From Candidatus Saccharimonadales bacterium (GTDB taxonomy: Bacteria > Patescibacteriota > Saccharimonadia > Saccharimonadales > DATKHC01): a stretch of DNA of 64,000 nt. This document shows, in pieces, positions 1 to 7,828 of this stretch (within the stretch, counting starts at the first letter, position 1; every line of letters starts with the position of its first letter). Where the stretch lies: the NCBI GenBank assembly GCA_035510465.1, contig DATKHC010000001.1, forward strand, positions 6,799-70,798, in the 5' to 3' direction. The translations under genes were made by a program, and so were the position numbers. The notes under the pieces were generated by a model. The model saw only the letters and a program-made list of their open reading frames with translations, ran no database searches and was not told the origin of the DNA.

Positions 1-111
1 ACTGACTAGATCGCCTGTCAACGAGCCCAACAGTAGATTAAGTTTAACATATTTGATTCCTGACGAACTCCATTTCTCAATAAAGTTCACAAAATCTACA
101 GCCTCAGTCAT
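1..111 (-). CDS. hypothetical protein, 5' fragment (gene runs off the left edge)
   Basis: ATG at 111-109 (minus) opens a frame (MTEAVDFVNFIEKW...) that stays open to position 1. No family recognised. Confidence 0.3.
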   Translation of the reverse strand, partial: MTEAVDFVNFIEKWSSSGIKYVKLNLLLGSLTGDLVS

Positions 112-130
112 ACTGTAGTCTGGTTATCCT

Positions 131-207
131 GCCCCGTTAGCTCAGCGGATTAGAGCGCCTCGCTTCGGACGAGGAGGTCGGGGGTCCGAATCCCTCACGG
201 GGTACCA
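131..207 (+). tRNA. tRNA-Arg (anticodon TCG)
   Basis: Cloverleaf read by eye: acceptor GCCCCGT/ACGGGGT (G1-U72), anticodon arm CCTCG-CTTCGGA-CGAGG, encoded CCA. The T-loop reads TCCGAAT. Confidence 0.9.
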
Positions 208-243
208 TAGAAATTTATACTAATCACCAAGGGAGGCACCAGT

Positions 244-534
244 ATGAGTAAATTATCTTTTGAGGAAGCTGAAAAACACCTAGATAAGCTTCCGAAGTGG
301 GAATTAGTTGATGAAACTATTCATCGAAACTATGAGTTTAAAAGTTTTGAGGATGCAATCAAATTTATTGATGCTTTGGCGAAATTCGCCAGCAAACTTA
401 ACCACCATCCAGACCTAACTAACTCATACAACAAGGTTTCCGTCAGTTTGACCACTCACTCGGCCTCTGGGTTGACTTTAAAAGACTTTGAGCTAGCAAA
501 AATAGCTGAGAAAACTGCAGAAAAATTTAGTTAG
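244..534 (+). CDS. pterin-4-alpha-carbinolamine dehydratase (PCD/DCoH family)
   Basis: 96 aa with the HHPDL motif (LNHHPDLTNSYNKVSVSLTTH) typical of PCD/DCoH. Confidence 0.85.
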   Translation: MSKLSFEEAEKHLDKLPKWELVDETIHRNYEFKSFEDAIKFIDALAKFASKLNHHPDLTNSYNKVSVSLTTHSASGLTLKDFELAKIAEKTAEKFS

Positions 535-535
535 T

Positions 536-2260
536 TTATGCCGGGGCGGCTTTTTGCTCTAAAGACTTAGCGTTGGCAGCAGGTACGGTATCTGCCGGAG
601 CTTGTTGGAGTTCAGTTTGGCGAATAGTAGGTATAAGTACGAAGAAGGTGCTGCCTTTGTTGAGTTCACTCTCAAACCAGATTCTACCTTTCAAATATTC
701 AGTTAGCCTTTTGGCTATATATAGACCCAAGCCGGTCCCACGAGTACGTCTCGTTCTGTAGTCTTCGGATCTGAAATATTTTGAAAAAATCTTCGTCTTA
801 TCCGCCCGACCAATGCCAACTCCAGTATCTTTAACCCTAATTTCCAGGTTGCCCTGGCTATCCAGATTAGCCGAGACAGTCACACTACCCTGTTCAGTAT
901 ATTTAAGCGCATTGTCTATTAGAATTTGGACTATTTCACGTATATAATCAGCAGAACTAACAATTGGTCTTAAGCTAAGACTAAAGTCTGTTATTAACTG
1001 AAGGCCGGCTGCTGTTGCTCTATCGTTATAGGTTTGGGTTATTTTTGCTAGTAGCCCAACTATATCCAAGCGTTCTATTTTGGTCTCTAAGCGCTGCTTT
1101 TCTGCACTCGCGAAGACAGTTAGGTCATTTATTAGATCTGCCAGTGACATTACGCTTTCATGAGCTTTTTCTATCATTTTTTTATCATCATCTTTAAGAT
1201 CTGTGATCATTTTAGGATTCATTAAAATTGACAAAGAAGCCTCCGCAGTCGCAATTGGAGTTCTAAGCTCATGTGAAGTTATAGATATAAACTCGCTTCT
1301 TTCCTCATCCAAAGTTTTCTGCTTTGTAATGTCTCTCAGCTGAACGATAAAACCACCTTCTCCCTCTTTGTTAATACCTAGGTTAATTGAAGTTACATTT
1401 ATATATAAATCAATTTTCTCGCCGTTCTTGCTTAGTAAGTGCATATCAGAGATCTCGAGGGTGTGGTTGGACTTACGAGCCAGCGCGAATAGATCGACAG
1501 GCTGTGAGGAATTGTCATAGATAGCCACCACATTACTAAACTGCTTGTCAATTAAGCTGGTCGGTTGATCCAACAAGCCCAATGATGAACGATTATGGAA
1601 TAGGATTTTCCCGGTTTTGTCTGCGGCAATAACCGAATCGGACATACTATTAATTAGCGAGCTAAGCTGTTCCCTTTCCAGCACTACATTTTGACTAATT
1701 TTTTGGAACTGTTGCCTAATTCCTTCGTCTACAGATCCAGCACGTTCAAAAATCCCTCCAAGCGCAATTACAAGTATCGCAGTAAAATACGGATACAAAT
1801 AACCATAACTAACTGTGGGCACCCCATCTTTAATAGTTGATATAACCACCAAAGCAACGACCGTTACAACGGATACAAGAAATGCTCCGTGACCACGATA
1901 GTAAATTGTTATAAAAAGAACCGGAGGTAGTATTAGAACAAACGGACTAAAGATAGGCACAAACCAAATCAGTAGAATAGATATAGCAAGGTTATAGACA
2001 ATCAAAGCACCCAGACCACCGCTGTTAAAGGTATCCCAGTCCTTGGTAACGGGCAGAAAGCGGCTAACCGCCTGAATAGTTATTAGACCAACGCCTATGG
2101 CAAAACCTATTAAGTCTGATGAATGAATCTGGTGATGAATGCCTTTAGTTAGGACGTAGTAGGCAATTATGGTCAGAACATAGATGGCTGTATTTACGTG
2201 AACAAGCGGATCATTAGATACCTTCTGATCAATCCGTTTAATGTTAAATTCCGGAATCAT
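536..2260 (-). CDS. membrane-bound sensor histidine kinase with a PAS-like domain
   Basis: Multi-TM N-terminus, PAS-like segment, H-box SHELRTPI, and a C-terminal HATPase region (DTGVGI, GTGLGL). Confidence 0.85.
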   Translation of the reverse strand: MIPEFNIKRIDQKVSNDPLVHVNTAIYVLTIIAYYVLTKGIHHQIHSSDLIGFAIGVGLITIQAVSRFLPVTKDWDTFNSGGLGALIVYNLAISILLIWFVPIFSPFVLILPPVLFITIYYRGHGAFLVSVVTVVALVVISTIKDGVPTVSYGYLYPYFTAILVIALGGIFERAGSVDEGIRQQFQKISQNVVLEREQLSSLINSMSDSVIAADKTGKILFHNRSSLGLLDQPTSLIDKQFSNVVAIYDNSSQPVDLFALARKSNHTLEISDMHLLSKNGEKIDLYINVTSINLGINKEGEGGFIVQLRDITKQKTLDEERSEFISITSHELRTPIATAEASLSILMNPKMITDLKDDDKKMIEKAHESVMSLADLINDLTVFASAEKQRLETKIERLDIVGLLAKITQTYNDRATAAGLQLITDFSLSLRPIVSSADYIREIVQILIDNALKYTEQGSVTVSANLDSQGNLEIRVKDTGVGIGRADKTKIFSKYFRSEDYRTRRTRGTGLGLYIAKRLTEYLKGRIWFESELNKGSTFFVLIPTIRQTELQQAPADTVPAANAKSLEQKAAPA

Positions 2261-2341
2261 GGCTTAATCATAAGCTATTTGGTCCCATACTTCTAGACTA
2301 TTAACAGGTTTAAAACCGAGTGATTGGCGGCAAAAGAATAA

Positions 2342-2902
2342 CTAGTCGGTTTGTTTTCTACGTTTGAGCGATTTGTCTTGCGTTTTGTTTATGCGTTTAG
2401 ATTGAGAAGCTAGTGTGTCGTTTAGCAGAGTCACTAGGCTTTTGGCGTGCTCAAGACTCATTCCTAACCTCGCTATAGGTTGAGGCTGAGAGTTATTAGA
2501 TGCCTGAGCACTTTGCATAAAATTCATGGTTATGCCAAAACTAGTGGAGTTTACGTGGACTTGGTCGGTATATATGACTTTGTTATCAATCGGGATCAAG
2601 ACTAGCATCGTTGGAGAAGCAGAAAGCCCAAAACCTCCAACCGTGGTTTGATCTTTGTCATAACCTGCAAGCTGCCAAAGTTTAAAAGCTTCGGAATTAT
2701 TTAGCTCGAAATGTCTAATTATAAGTATTAGAATGTCTTCGTTAGGTAGTTTTACGCCTTTTTCAATTCCAATTAGTAAGTGGGTATCAATTTCAACTGC
2801 ACCGGAAACCTCAGCCAGAGTTTCATGGCTTTTTTCGCGGAGACTTCTAATTTTATTGCCAAGTGATTTATAGGGGTACTTCGGAACAGAGTTGTTTGTC
2901 AT
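2342..2902 (-). CDS. XRE-family helix-turn-helix protein with an uncharacterised C-terminal domain
   Basis: N-terminal HTH (LRSLREKSHETLAEVSGAVEIDTHLLIGIEKG). The C-terminal half is unrecognised. Confidence 0.6.
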   Translation of the reverse strand: MTNNSVPKYPYKSLGNKIRSLREKSHETLAEVSGAVEIDTHLLIGIEKGVKLPNEDILILIIRHFELNNSEAFKLWQLAGYDKDQTTVGGFGLSASPTMLVLIPIDNKVIYTDQVHVNSTSFGITMNFMQSAQASNNSQPQPIARLGMSLEHAKSLVTLLNDTLASQSKRINKTQDKSLKRRKQTD

Positions 2903-2930
2903 CTAAAATATAATCTTACGCCGCCAACTG

Positions 2931-3980
2931 TTGGCATGCAATAATGACTTTATGAATATCTCAAAGAACGTTTCGCTTAAAAATTATTCGACTATGAAAC
3001 TTGGCGGTAACGCAAGTTACGTAGTTGAGATTGAAAACAAGGACGATCTAGTTCAAGCGTTTGATTTCGCAAAAACTAACAATTTGAAAACAATTGCTGT
3101 TGGGACAGGCAGTAACTTGGTTTGGCGAGACGAAGGTTTCGATGGCTTAATTTTGGTATGTAAAACGAAACGCTACGATGTTTTTCGAGAGGATGACACT
3201 AACTTCTATATCACAGTGGGATCAGGTGAAATTTGGGATGATATCGTAGCCCGAACAACCTCCATTAACTTAAGTGGCATCGAGCAACTGTCTTTGATAC
3301 CAGGTACAGCTGGAGCTGCTCCAGTTCAGAACGTTGGTGCATATGGTCAAGAACTGTCTAATGTTTTAGTTAGCGTGGAAGTTTTCGATCAAAAGATAGG
3401 TGAACTCGTTAATATCCGTTCAAGTGAATGTGGCTTTGGATATCGAACTAGTCGTTTTAAAACCACCGACAAAGGACGGTTTTTCATTACCAATATTGTT
3501 CTTCATTTAAATAAATCAAACCCTCAACCACCTTATTATTCCGCTCTCAAACAATACTTTGAAGAGCATAAAATAAGTGATATAACCCCCACTGTTGTCC
3601 GTGACGCCGTAATTTCGATCAGAAAATCAAAATTACCAGACGTTTCTAAGGTTGCTAATTGCGGGTCTTTTTTTACTAATCCAATAATTGATGGGTCAAA
3701 GCTTGAAATACTTCGTTCATCCTTCCCGGCAGTCCCTTATTGGGAAAATGGAGACAATAAATATAAAATATCTGCTGCCTGGCTGATCGAACAGCTTAAC
3801 TTCAAAGACTATCACGATAAAGAGACAGGCATGGCCACTTGGCCCACCCAACCACTTGTTTTTGTTAACGAACATGCCCAGTCTACTAGTGACTTACTAA
3901 AATTCGCCCAAAAAGTAAGTGGTGCTGTGGCAGCTAGGTTTGACATTCAACTTGCTCAGGAACCCGAACTGCTACCCTAA
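2931..3980 (+). CDS. murB: UDP-N-acetylenolpyruvoylglucosamine reductase
   Basis: FAD-binding MurB-like N-terminus (LKNYSTMKLGGNASY, GTGSNLV) and MurB C-terminal domain. The track start is TTG at 2931; the in-frame ATG at 2952 is the more likely start. Confidence 0.85.
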   Translation: MACNNDFMNISKNVSLKNYSTMKLGGNASYVVEIENKDDLVQAFDFAKTNNLKTIAVGTGSNLVWRDEGFDGLILVCKTKRYDVFREDDTNFYITVGSGEIWDDIVARTTSINLSGIEQLSLIPGTAGAAPVQNVGAYGQELSNVLVSVEVFDQKIGELVNIRSSECGFGYRTSRFKTTDKGRFFITNIVLHLNKSNPQPPYYSALKQYFEEHKISDITPTVVRDAVISIRKSKLPDVSKVANCGSFFTNPIIDGSKLEILRSSFPAVPYWENGDNKYKISAAWLIEQLNFKDYHDKETGMATWPTQPLVFVNEHAQSTSDLLKFAQKVSGAVAARFDIQLAQEPELLP

Positions 3981-3984
3981 ATAA

Positions 3985-5262
3985 TTACAAATCATTTGGT
4001 AGGGGAAATTGTAAACTAAACTCCGTGACAGTTTTTTTAAGTTCAGCTAGGGCTTTGGTATCTTCTCTTTTATCTATGGCTCGGCGCATCCAGTCGGCTA
4101 GAAGTGTCATGTGTTTTTCTGTCAGTCCTCTCGTCGTTATAGCAGGCGTACCAAGCCTGATGCCGCTAGGTCTAAAAGGCGGCAGTGGATCATTGGCGAC
4201 AGCGTTTTTGTTAAGCGTCAGTCCAATACTATCTAGCGCATGCTCAACAATTGAACCATCTAGGCCAAATGACTTATAAACATCGGTTAAAATCAGGTGA
4301 TTGTCTGTGCCCCCAGATATAAGCTGGAAATCTCGGCTAAGCATTTCTTTAGCTAGCGCATGAGCATTTTTAAGAATCATTGCCACATACTCCTTAAACT
4401 CAGGTTTCATAGCTTCCCCGAATGCTACTGCCTTAGCAGCAATTATGTGCATATGTGGTCCGCCTTGGATACCTGGGAAGACTGTCCTGTCGATTAACGT
4501 AGGTAGATTATCTATAGTTTTATCAACTTTTTTTAGTGGATTAGAAACGGTTCCCTGACTGAGTATTAAACCGCCTCTAGGGCCTCGTAGCGTCTTGTGG
4601 GTCGTGCTGGTGATCACATGAAAACCATAATCAAACGGGTTTTTGGCTACACCCCCAGCTATCAGACCGGCAATGTGCGCCATGTCGGCGACTAAAACAG
4701 CGTTAACTTCCCTGCCAATTTCTGCAAATTTTTGATAATTTAACTCCCTTGGGTAAGCACTAAATCCTGCCAATATAATTTTTGGTTTGTGTTCAAGCGC
4801 CAGTTGGCGAAGTTGTTCATAATCAATTTCTCCGGTCGAGGGATCTTTCATACCGTAGCGAATAAACTTAAACTGGTGAGCTAGAACGGTGACCGGAGCT
4901 CCGTGAGTCAAATGCCCACCATGACTCAGATCCATCGCCAAAATTGTATCGCCGGGTTCCATCCAGGCATGGAAAACTGCTTCATTAGCCTGAGCTCCGG
5001 AGTGAGGTTGAACATTAGCGTGATCTGCGTTAAATAACTTCTTAGCTCTATCAATTGCCAGCTGTTCGACTTTGTCCGTGTTTTCTTGACCGCCGTAGTA
5101 GCGTTTGCCCGGATAACCTTCCGAGTACTTATTTGTGAAAACACTACCCATAGCGGTTAGCACATCCCTGCTAACATAGTTTTCAGACGGTATTAACTCT
5201 AGTCCAGATTGCTGGCGCTTTAGCTCTGCTTTGATTAATCTTTCTACAATCTTGTCCTGCAT
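3985..5262 (-). CDS. glyA: serine hydroxymethyltransferase
   Basis: Full-length SHMT with the PLP-lysine region TSTTHKTLRGPRGG. Confidence 0.95.
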   Translation of the reverse strand: MQDKIVERLIKAELKRQQSGLELIPSENYVSRDVLTAMGSVFTNKYSEGYPGKRYYGGQENTDKVEQLAIDRAKKLFNADHANVQPHSGAQANEAVFHAWMEPGDTILAMDLSHGGHLTHGAPVTVLAHQFKFIRYGMKDPSTGEIDYEQLRQLALEHKPKIILAGFSAYPRELNYQKFAEIGREVNAVLVADMAHIAGLIAGGVAKNPFDYGFHVITSTTHKTLRGPRGGLILSQGTVSNPLKKVDKTIDNLPTLIDRTVFPGIQGGPHMHIIAAKAVAFGEAMKPEFKEYVAMILKNAHALAKEMLSRDFQLISGGTDNHLILTDVYKSFGLDGSIVEHALDSIGLTLNKNAVANDPLPPFRPSGIRLGTPAITTRGLTEKHMTLLADWMRRAIDKREDTKALAELKKTVTEFSLQFPLPNDL

Positions 5263-5383
5263 AGTTAAGCCTCAAAACTTTATGAATTGATTTTACCCTA
5301 GATTAGTATTCTAACAGCCTATTAACGGGAATAAAAAGCTCTCTTGCTTTATATATCATCGGAGGTATAATACGTAAGTTATT

Positions 5384-6901
5384 ATGCAAGCTAACGAAAA
5401 AATTGGCCAACTTATTTACCAAATAAGGCAAGAGCGAGGCTTAACTCAATCCGAGTTCGCCAGCAAACTTGGCACCAGCCAATCAGCCGTTAACCGAATT
5501 GAGCATGGCCGACAAAACTTAAGCCTTGATACTCTAGCTAGAATTAGCGACGTCTTAAATAAACAGCTAATTAGCTTAGAAGGTACCGCTGTTAATCTTC
5601 GTATTGAGGGAGGTCGTGAGCTACACGGAAGCGTGGCACTAAAAACTTCCAAGAACTCTGCTGTGGCACTACTTTGCGCAAGTTTACTAAATCACGGGGT
5701 AACAAGATTCAAGGCCTTTCCAAGAATTGAAGAAGTCTTTAGGATCATCGAAGTACTAGAAAGTATTGGTGTATCTGTTAAATGGCTACCAGGTAACGAT
5801 GTTGAGATCCGACGTCCAGCTAAATTGGATCTTACTCATCTGGACGCAAAAGCCGCCCGTCAAACCCGGAGTGTTTTAATGCTAATTGGGCCTCTCATTC
5901 ATGAGGCGAATAACTTTAAAATTCCTTACGCTGGCGGTTGCAAACTAGGACGAAGAACCGTTGCGCCTCACTTGTATGCCCTGGAGGAATTTGGGGTAAA
6001 TATAGTTGCAACCAGTGGTCACTACAACGTTCAGGTTCACAGAAAAAACCCAGAGCCATTTGTTATGTACCAAACTAGTAATACCGCTACTAATAATGTG
6101 CTGATGGCAGCCGCTTCAACTGCAGCCAAAACCACAGTCCAAGCCGTTAGCGGGGATTACATGGTACAAGATCTTTGTTTCTTCTTACAAAAGTTAGGAG
6201 TTAAGATTGACGGGATAGGCAGCCATTTTCTAGAAATTACTGGGGTACCAAAAATTAAAAAGAATGTTACTTTCGCCCCTTCAGAGGACCCCATTGAGGC
6301 TATGTTTTTCATAGCTGCGGCCGTCGCAACTAATTCTAAAATCACGGTTGAGAGAGTCCCTTATAAATGGATAGGTCTTGAGCTTCTAAAACTGGATAAG
6401 ATGGGCTTAAAGCTCAAACTATCTAAGCCTTACAAGGCAAATAATGGTATTGTCGATTTAACTGATATAACTGTTGGAAAACACAATGGTGAGCTAAAAG
6501 CACTGGAGGATAAAATCGAGCCAAATCTTTATCCCGGCATAAACCCCGATAATCTTCCCTACTTCGTTCCAATCGCTGCTATGTGCAAAGGCAGAACCCA
6601 GATCCAAGACTGGATGTATGAGAACCGGGCAATCTATTTCACTGAAATGACAAAAATCGGCATGCAAGTTGAACTAGCCGATCCGCATAGATTGTTTATT
6701 GACGGTCCAACTCGTTTTTCGAGAGGGGATGTAGTCTGTCCACCCGCCCTAAGACCAGCCAGTTTGCTACTAATAGGTATGTTAGCGGCTAGGGGTGTAT
6801 CAACCCTTAGAAGTGTATACACAATAAACCGTGGATATGAAGATTTGGCCGAAAGACTAAATTCTATCGGTGCTCAAATAACTGTTTTACACGAGCTCTA
6901 G
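5384..6901 (+). CDS. murA: XRE-type HTH domain fused to UDP-N-acetylglucosamine 1-carboxyvinyltransferase
   Basis: Residues 1-65 are an XRE HTH (GLTQSEFASKLGTSQSAVNRIEHG). The rest aligns with MurA: KTSKNSAV (Lys22 region), GGCKLGRR (Cys115 loop), YPGINPD (Asp305 region), and the C-terminal INRGYE. Confidence 0.85.
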   Translation: MQANEKIGQLIYQIRQERGLTQSEFASKLGTSQSAVNRIEHGRQNLSLDTLARISDVLNKQLISLEGTAVNLRIEGGRELHGSVALKTSKNSAVALLCASLLNHGVTRFKAFPRIEEVFRIIEVLESIGVSVKWLPGNDVEIRRPAKLDLTHLDAKAARQTRSVLMLIGPLIHEANNFKIPYAGGCKLGRRTVAPHLYALEEFGVNIVATSGHYNVQVHRKNPEPFVMYQTSNTATNNVLMAAASTAAKTTVQAVSGDYMVQDLCFFLQKLGVKIDGIGSHFLEITGVPKIKKNVTFAPSEDPIEAMFFIAAAVATNSKITVERVPYKWIGLELLKLDKMGLKLKLSKPYKANNGIVDLTDITVGKHNGELKALEDKIEPNLYPGINPDNLPYFVPIAAMCKGRTQIQDWMYENRAIYFTEMTKIGMQVELADPHRLFIDGPTRFSRGDVVCPPALRPASLLLIGMLAARGVSTLRSVYTINRGYEDLAERLNSIGAQITVLHEL

Positions 6902-6914
6902 TTTTAGATTTTAA

Positions 6915-6964
6915 CGCTTTCGTCCTTTTGGACTCATCAGCCTGAACATACATTCAGAGAGCAA
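6915..6964 (-). ncRNA. hammerhead ribozyme, type III topology (stem III open)
   Basis: Minus strand reads UGCUC^UCUGAA-UGUAUG-UUCAGG-CUGAUGA-GUCC-AAAA-GGAC-GAAA-GCG. Both catalytic cores are intact. Stem I is 6 bp and stem II 4 bp, both loop-closed. Stem III is 4 bp. The cleavage triplet is CUC, with C17 at 6959. Confidence 0.8.
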
Positions 6965-7052
6965 AGACAAGCAGAAAAAGTTGGTAAAGGAACAACCCAG
7001 GGGGCAGGATTGGGTTTTTCGCTTTAGTCAGCTCAATCTGCTGTCCTTGCTC
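6959..7052 (-). other. long imperfect RNA hairpin at the 3' end of the islet-1 transcript
   Basis: GAGCAAGGACAGCAGA (7052-7037) pairs with UCUGCUUGUCUUUGCUC (6975-6959). That gives 16 bp with one bulge and one G-U that is valid only on the minus strand. The inner hairpin is AACCCA/UGGGUU. Confidence 0.55.
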
Positions 7053-7095
7053 AGTACATGTCCTTCCGATAGGTTCTTTGTCTGTTGTTACCTCC

Positions 7096-7578
7096 TTAGG
7101 TAGTAGGCAAGGGACGGATTCCCTCGGGCCTGAAACTTGGCCTTGAGATGGCACGTCCTCGTTTTACGGTTCTTCCCCCGTGAGATCTCGTCGTCTTCCC
7201 GCGAGACGGTGTTGTTGGTTGCGTTGCCGCCTGATTGTTCTGTTGTTCCCCAAGCCTCCGAAGAAGCTCGTTTGCAGCAGATTGGCCATAGGCCTTGATG
7301 AAGCCCGTGAGGTGGATTTTTGTGCCTTCAAACCCGATATGGAGTTTGATTTTCCCCTTCCGGACCACTGTTACGCGGCCGCTGTGCTGCTTTGGTACGT
7401 AGCGCAGAGCTTCACCGGGTGTCATTTTCTTGAGCTCTCTTGGTACGAGGCGTCTCCTCACGTCATGCTGTCTGGTCGCGATGTCGGTCGCAATCAGAAT
7501 GGCATTCGTTCGGTGCCTTACAACTGGCTCTGGAATCTCCTTTGCGTCGGGCTCGATTTCCGATAACGTTGTCGTCAC
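7096..7578 (-). CDS. orphan hypothetical protein (160 aa, basic disordered C-terminal tail) in GC-richer islet 1
   Basis: GTG start preceded by GGGGAGAAGGG. The composition is protein-like, unlike the antisense ORF. No family recognised. Confidence 0.45.
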   Translation of the reverse strand: MTTTLSEIEPDAKEIPEPVVRHRTNAILIATDIATRQHDVRRRLVPRELKKMTPGEALRYVPKQHSGRVTVVRKGKIKLHIGFEGTKIHLTGFIKAYGQSAANELLRRLGEQQNNQAATQPTTPSRGKTTRSHGGRTVKRGRAISRPSFRPEGIRPLPTT

Positions 7579-7615
7579 GGTTTTGCCCTTCTCCCCTACC
7601 TAGGCTAACGGTGCC

Positions 7616-7702
7616 ATAGCTAAACTAAAGCTATCTGTGTTTCCTTTACACAGTGAGGTGAGGGGGAAGCCCGCAATTACTTGCGAACTTTCTTCTCACC
7701 TC
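7616..7702 (-). promoter_or_regulatory. structured 5' leader of the islet-1 ORF (three consecutive hairpins)
   Basis: Hairpins at 7655-7702 (GAGGUGAG/CUCACCUC enclosing CGCAA-GUAA-UUGCG with a GNRA loop), 7635-7653 (CUGUGU/ACACAG) and 7616-7634 (AUAGCU/AGCUAU). Confidence 0.4.
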
Positions 7703-7791
7703 ATGATTTCTGCTTGTCAAAATACATCTTTGGATACACTAGCAATATCTTCAAAACTTGAAAAATTTGTGTCTCAACAAAGAATTTAGTT

Positions 7792-7820
7792 AATCTACTC
7801 CCAACGTGCTTGTGTGTCAA
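7792..7820 (-). promoter_or_regulatory. putative promoter for the islet-1 transcript
   Basis: Minus strand reads TTGACA, 17 nt, TAGATT, immediately downstream of tRNA-His. Confidence 0.35.
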
Positions 7821-7828
7821 TAGGTCCT

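Noticed and set aside
6954-7154. 66-aa minus-strand ORF overlapping the islet-1 hairpin and hammerhead
   Set aside because: It runs through the 3' hairpin and into the ribozyme, overlaps the end of the 160-aa ORF, and has no convincing start context. A strong TAAGGAGGT at about 7085-7093 has no start codon at usable spacing.
7180-7566. 128-aa plus-strand ORF inside islet 1
   Set aside because: It is fully antisense to the more protein-like 160-aa ORF. The translation is Trp/Cys/Arg-rich and looks like a by-product of local GC richness. There is no RBS.
7709-7720. TTGACAAGCAGA as nothing more than a -35 promoter box
   Set aside because: At 17-18 nt downstream the sequences are GAGAAG and GCTAGA, which are poor -10 elements. 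Better promoters lie 70-100 nt upstream. In addition, the AGCAGA extension is exactly complemented in the 3' hairpins, which a -35 box would not explain.
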